In this document: one piece after another, positions 63,335 to 64,000 of the stretch
Layout of the letters: each line of letters begins with the position of its first letter
How positions within the stretch are numbered: position 1 is the stretch's first letter
Origin: an uncultured cyanobacterium
GTDB taxonomy: Bacteria > Cyanobacteriota > Cyanobacteriia > Cyanobacteriales > Cyanobacteriaceae
Reading direction: 5' to 3'
Assembly: GCA_963710605.1 (NCBI GenBank)
Contig: CAVQBA010000004.1
Span: 544,001-608,000, forward strand
DNA length: 64,000 nt
Made by a program: the position numbers and the translations under genes
The notes under the pieces: generated by a model
Database searches by the model: none
Seen by the model: only the letters and a program-made list of their open reading frames with translations
What the model was told of the DNA's origin: nothing

Positions 63335-64000
63335 ATGCAGAAAAATTGGGAGTTTGTCCGAAAATTTAAGTTAGGCGTTATGCCTATCTTAAAACTTAGA
63401 AAATCTTTGATGGATGATTCTAAGTTAACGCAGAACTACTTAGTTTTAAGTGTAAGTTCTTGCCTATTAGCTAGTTTTGGTCTTCTGATTAATAGTGCGG
63501 CAGTTATTATCGGGGCGATGATTGTTGCCCCTTTAATGTTACCTTTAAGAGGTTTATCCTTTGCTACTTTAGAGGGCGATTTGCCTTTATTAAAAAGAAG
63601 TTCACTTTCTATAGTTATTGGGACGGCTTTAATCATCTTTTGCTCAATGATGGTTGGTATGGTTATGGGTTTACCAGAAACGGGAGAGGAAATTCTTTCT
63701 CGAACTCAACCAACTGTAATTGATTTGTTGATTGCAATTATTGCTGGGGGAATAAGTGGCTATTCTAAAATTCGACCCGGAATAGGAGATGCGATACCGG
63801 GAACGGCAATTGCAGTAGCATTAGTTCCCCCAATTTGTGTAGTTGGCTTGGCAATTTCTCAAAGTGAGTGGCAAATAGCAACAGGTGCGAGCTTGCTTTA
63901 TGTAACTAACCTGATTGGGATTAATTTAGCCTGTTTAATTATTTATGTATTAGGGGGTTATACCAGAACAAATGAAACGGCAAGAACTTTATCTTGGGGT
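63335..64000 (+). CDS. DUF389 domain membrane protein (runs off the window end)
   Basis: Open frame from ATG 63335: ASFGLLINSAAVIIGAMIVAPLM.P, EILSRTQP, DLLIA..AG, PGTAIAVALVPP. Confidence 0.88.
   Translation, partial: MQKNWEFVRKFKLGVMPILKLRKSLMDDSKLTQNYLVLSVSSCLLASFGLLINSAAVIIGAMIVAPLMLPLRGLSFATLEGDLPLLKRSSLSIVIGTALIIFCSMMVGMVMGLPETGEEILSRTQPTVIDLLIAIIAGGISGYSKIRPGIGDAIPGTAIAVALVPPICVVGLAISQSEWQIATGASLLYVTNLIGINLACLIIYVLGGYTRTNETARTLSWG

Overview
AT-rich cyanobacterial chromosomal segment. Psb29, the PSII S4-domain protein, cyAbrB, Tab2, NtcA boxes and very abundant CGATCG/HIP1 point to a unicellular Geminocystis/Cyanobacterium-like organism (inference). Most of the window is housekeeping genes (rsmE, psb29, serS, fabG, ftsW, ispG, leuA, gatB, pyrC, msrB), plus a TetR-RND efflux locus, a hybrid histidine kinase, a wzm/wzt-glycosyltransferase locus and a dps-chaB stress pair. 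Highlights: (1) an NtcA box, a guanidine-I (ykkC) riboswitch and a guanidine hydrolase-GST-hypA-hypB cluster in which hypB is fused in frame to a piece of a sodium:solute symporter, pointing to a non-ABC, Na+-coupled guanidine importer; (2) an unannotated 47-aa ORF behind a perfect NtcA box; (3) a 14-nt GC-rich insert between duplicated CGATCG sites that frameshifts a DALR-domain gene; (4) several IS630/ISY100-like MITEs with 28-nt TATAG...ACA ends that carry different REP-like hairpins, plus a RAYT transposase with its own REPs; (5) a stand-alone T4 Rnl1-type RNA ligase and an orphan dnd-associated protein; (6) a frameshifted mntP and a decayed small gene upstream of pyrC. No rRNA, tRNA or CRISPR array was seen. 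All calls are by eye, without database searches.
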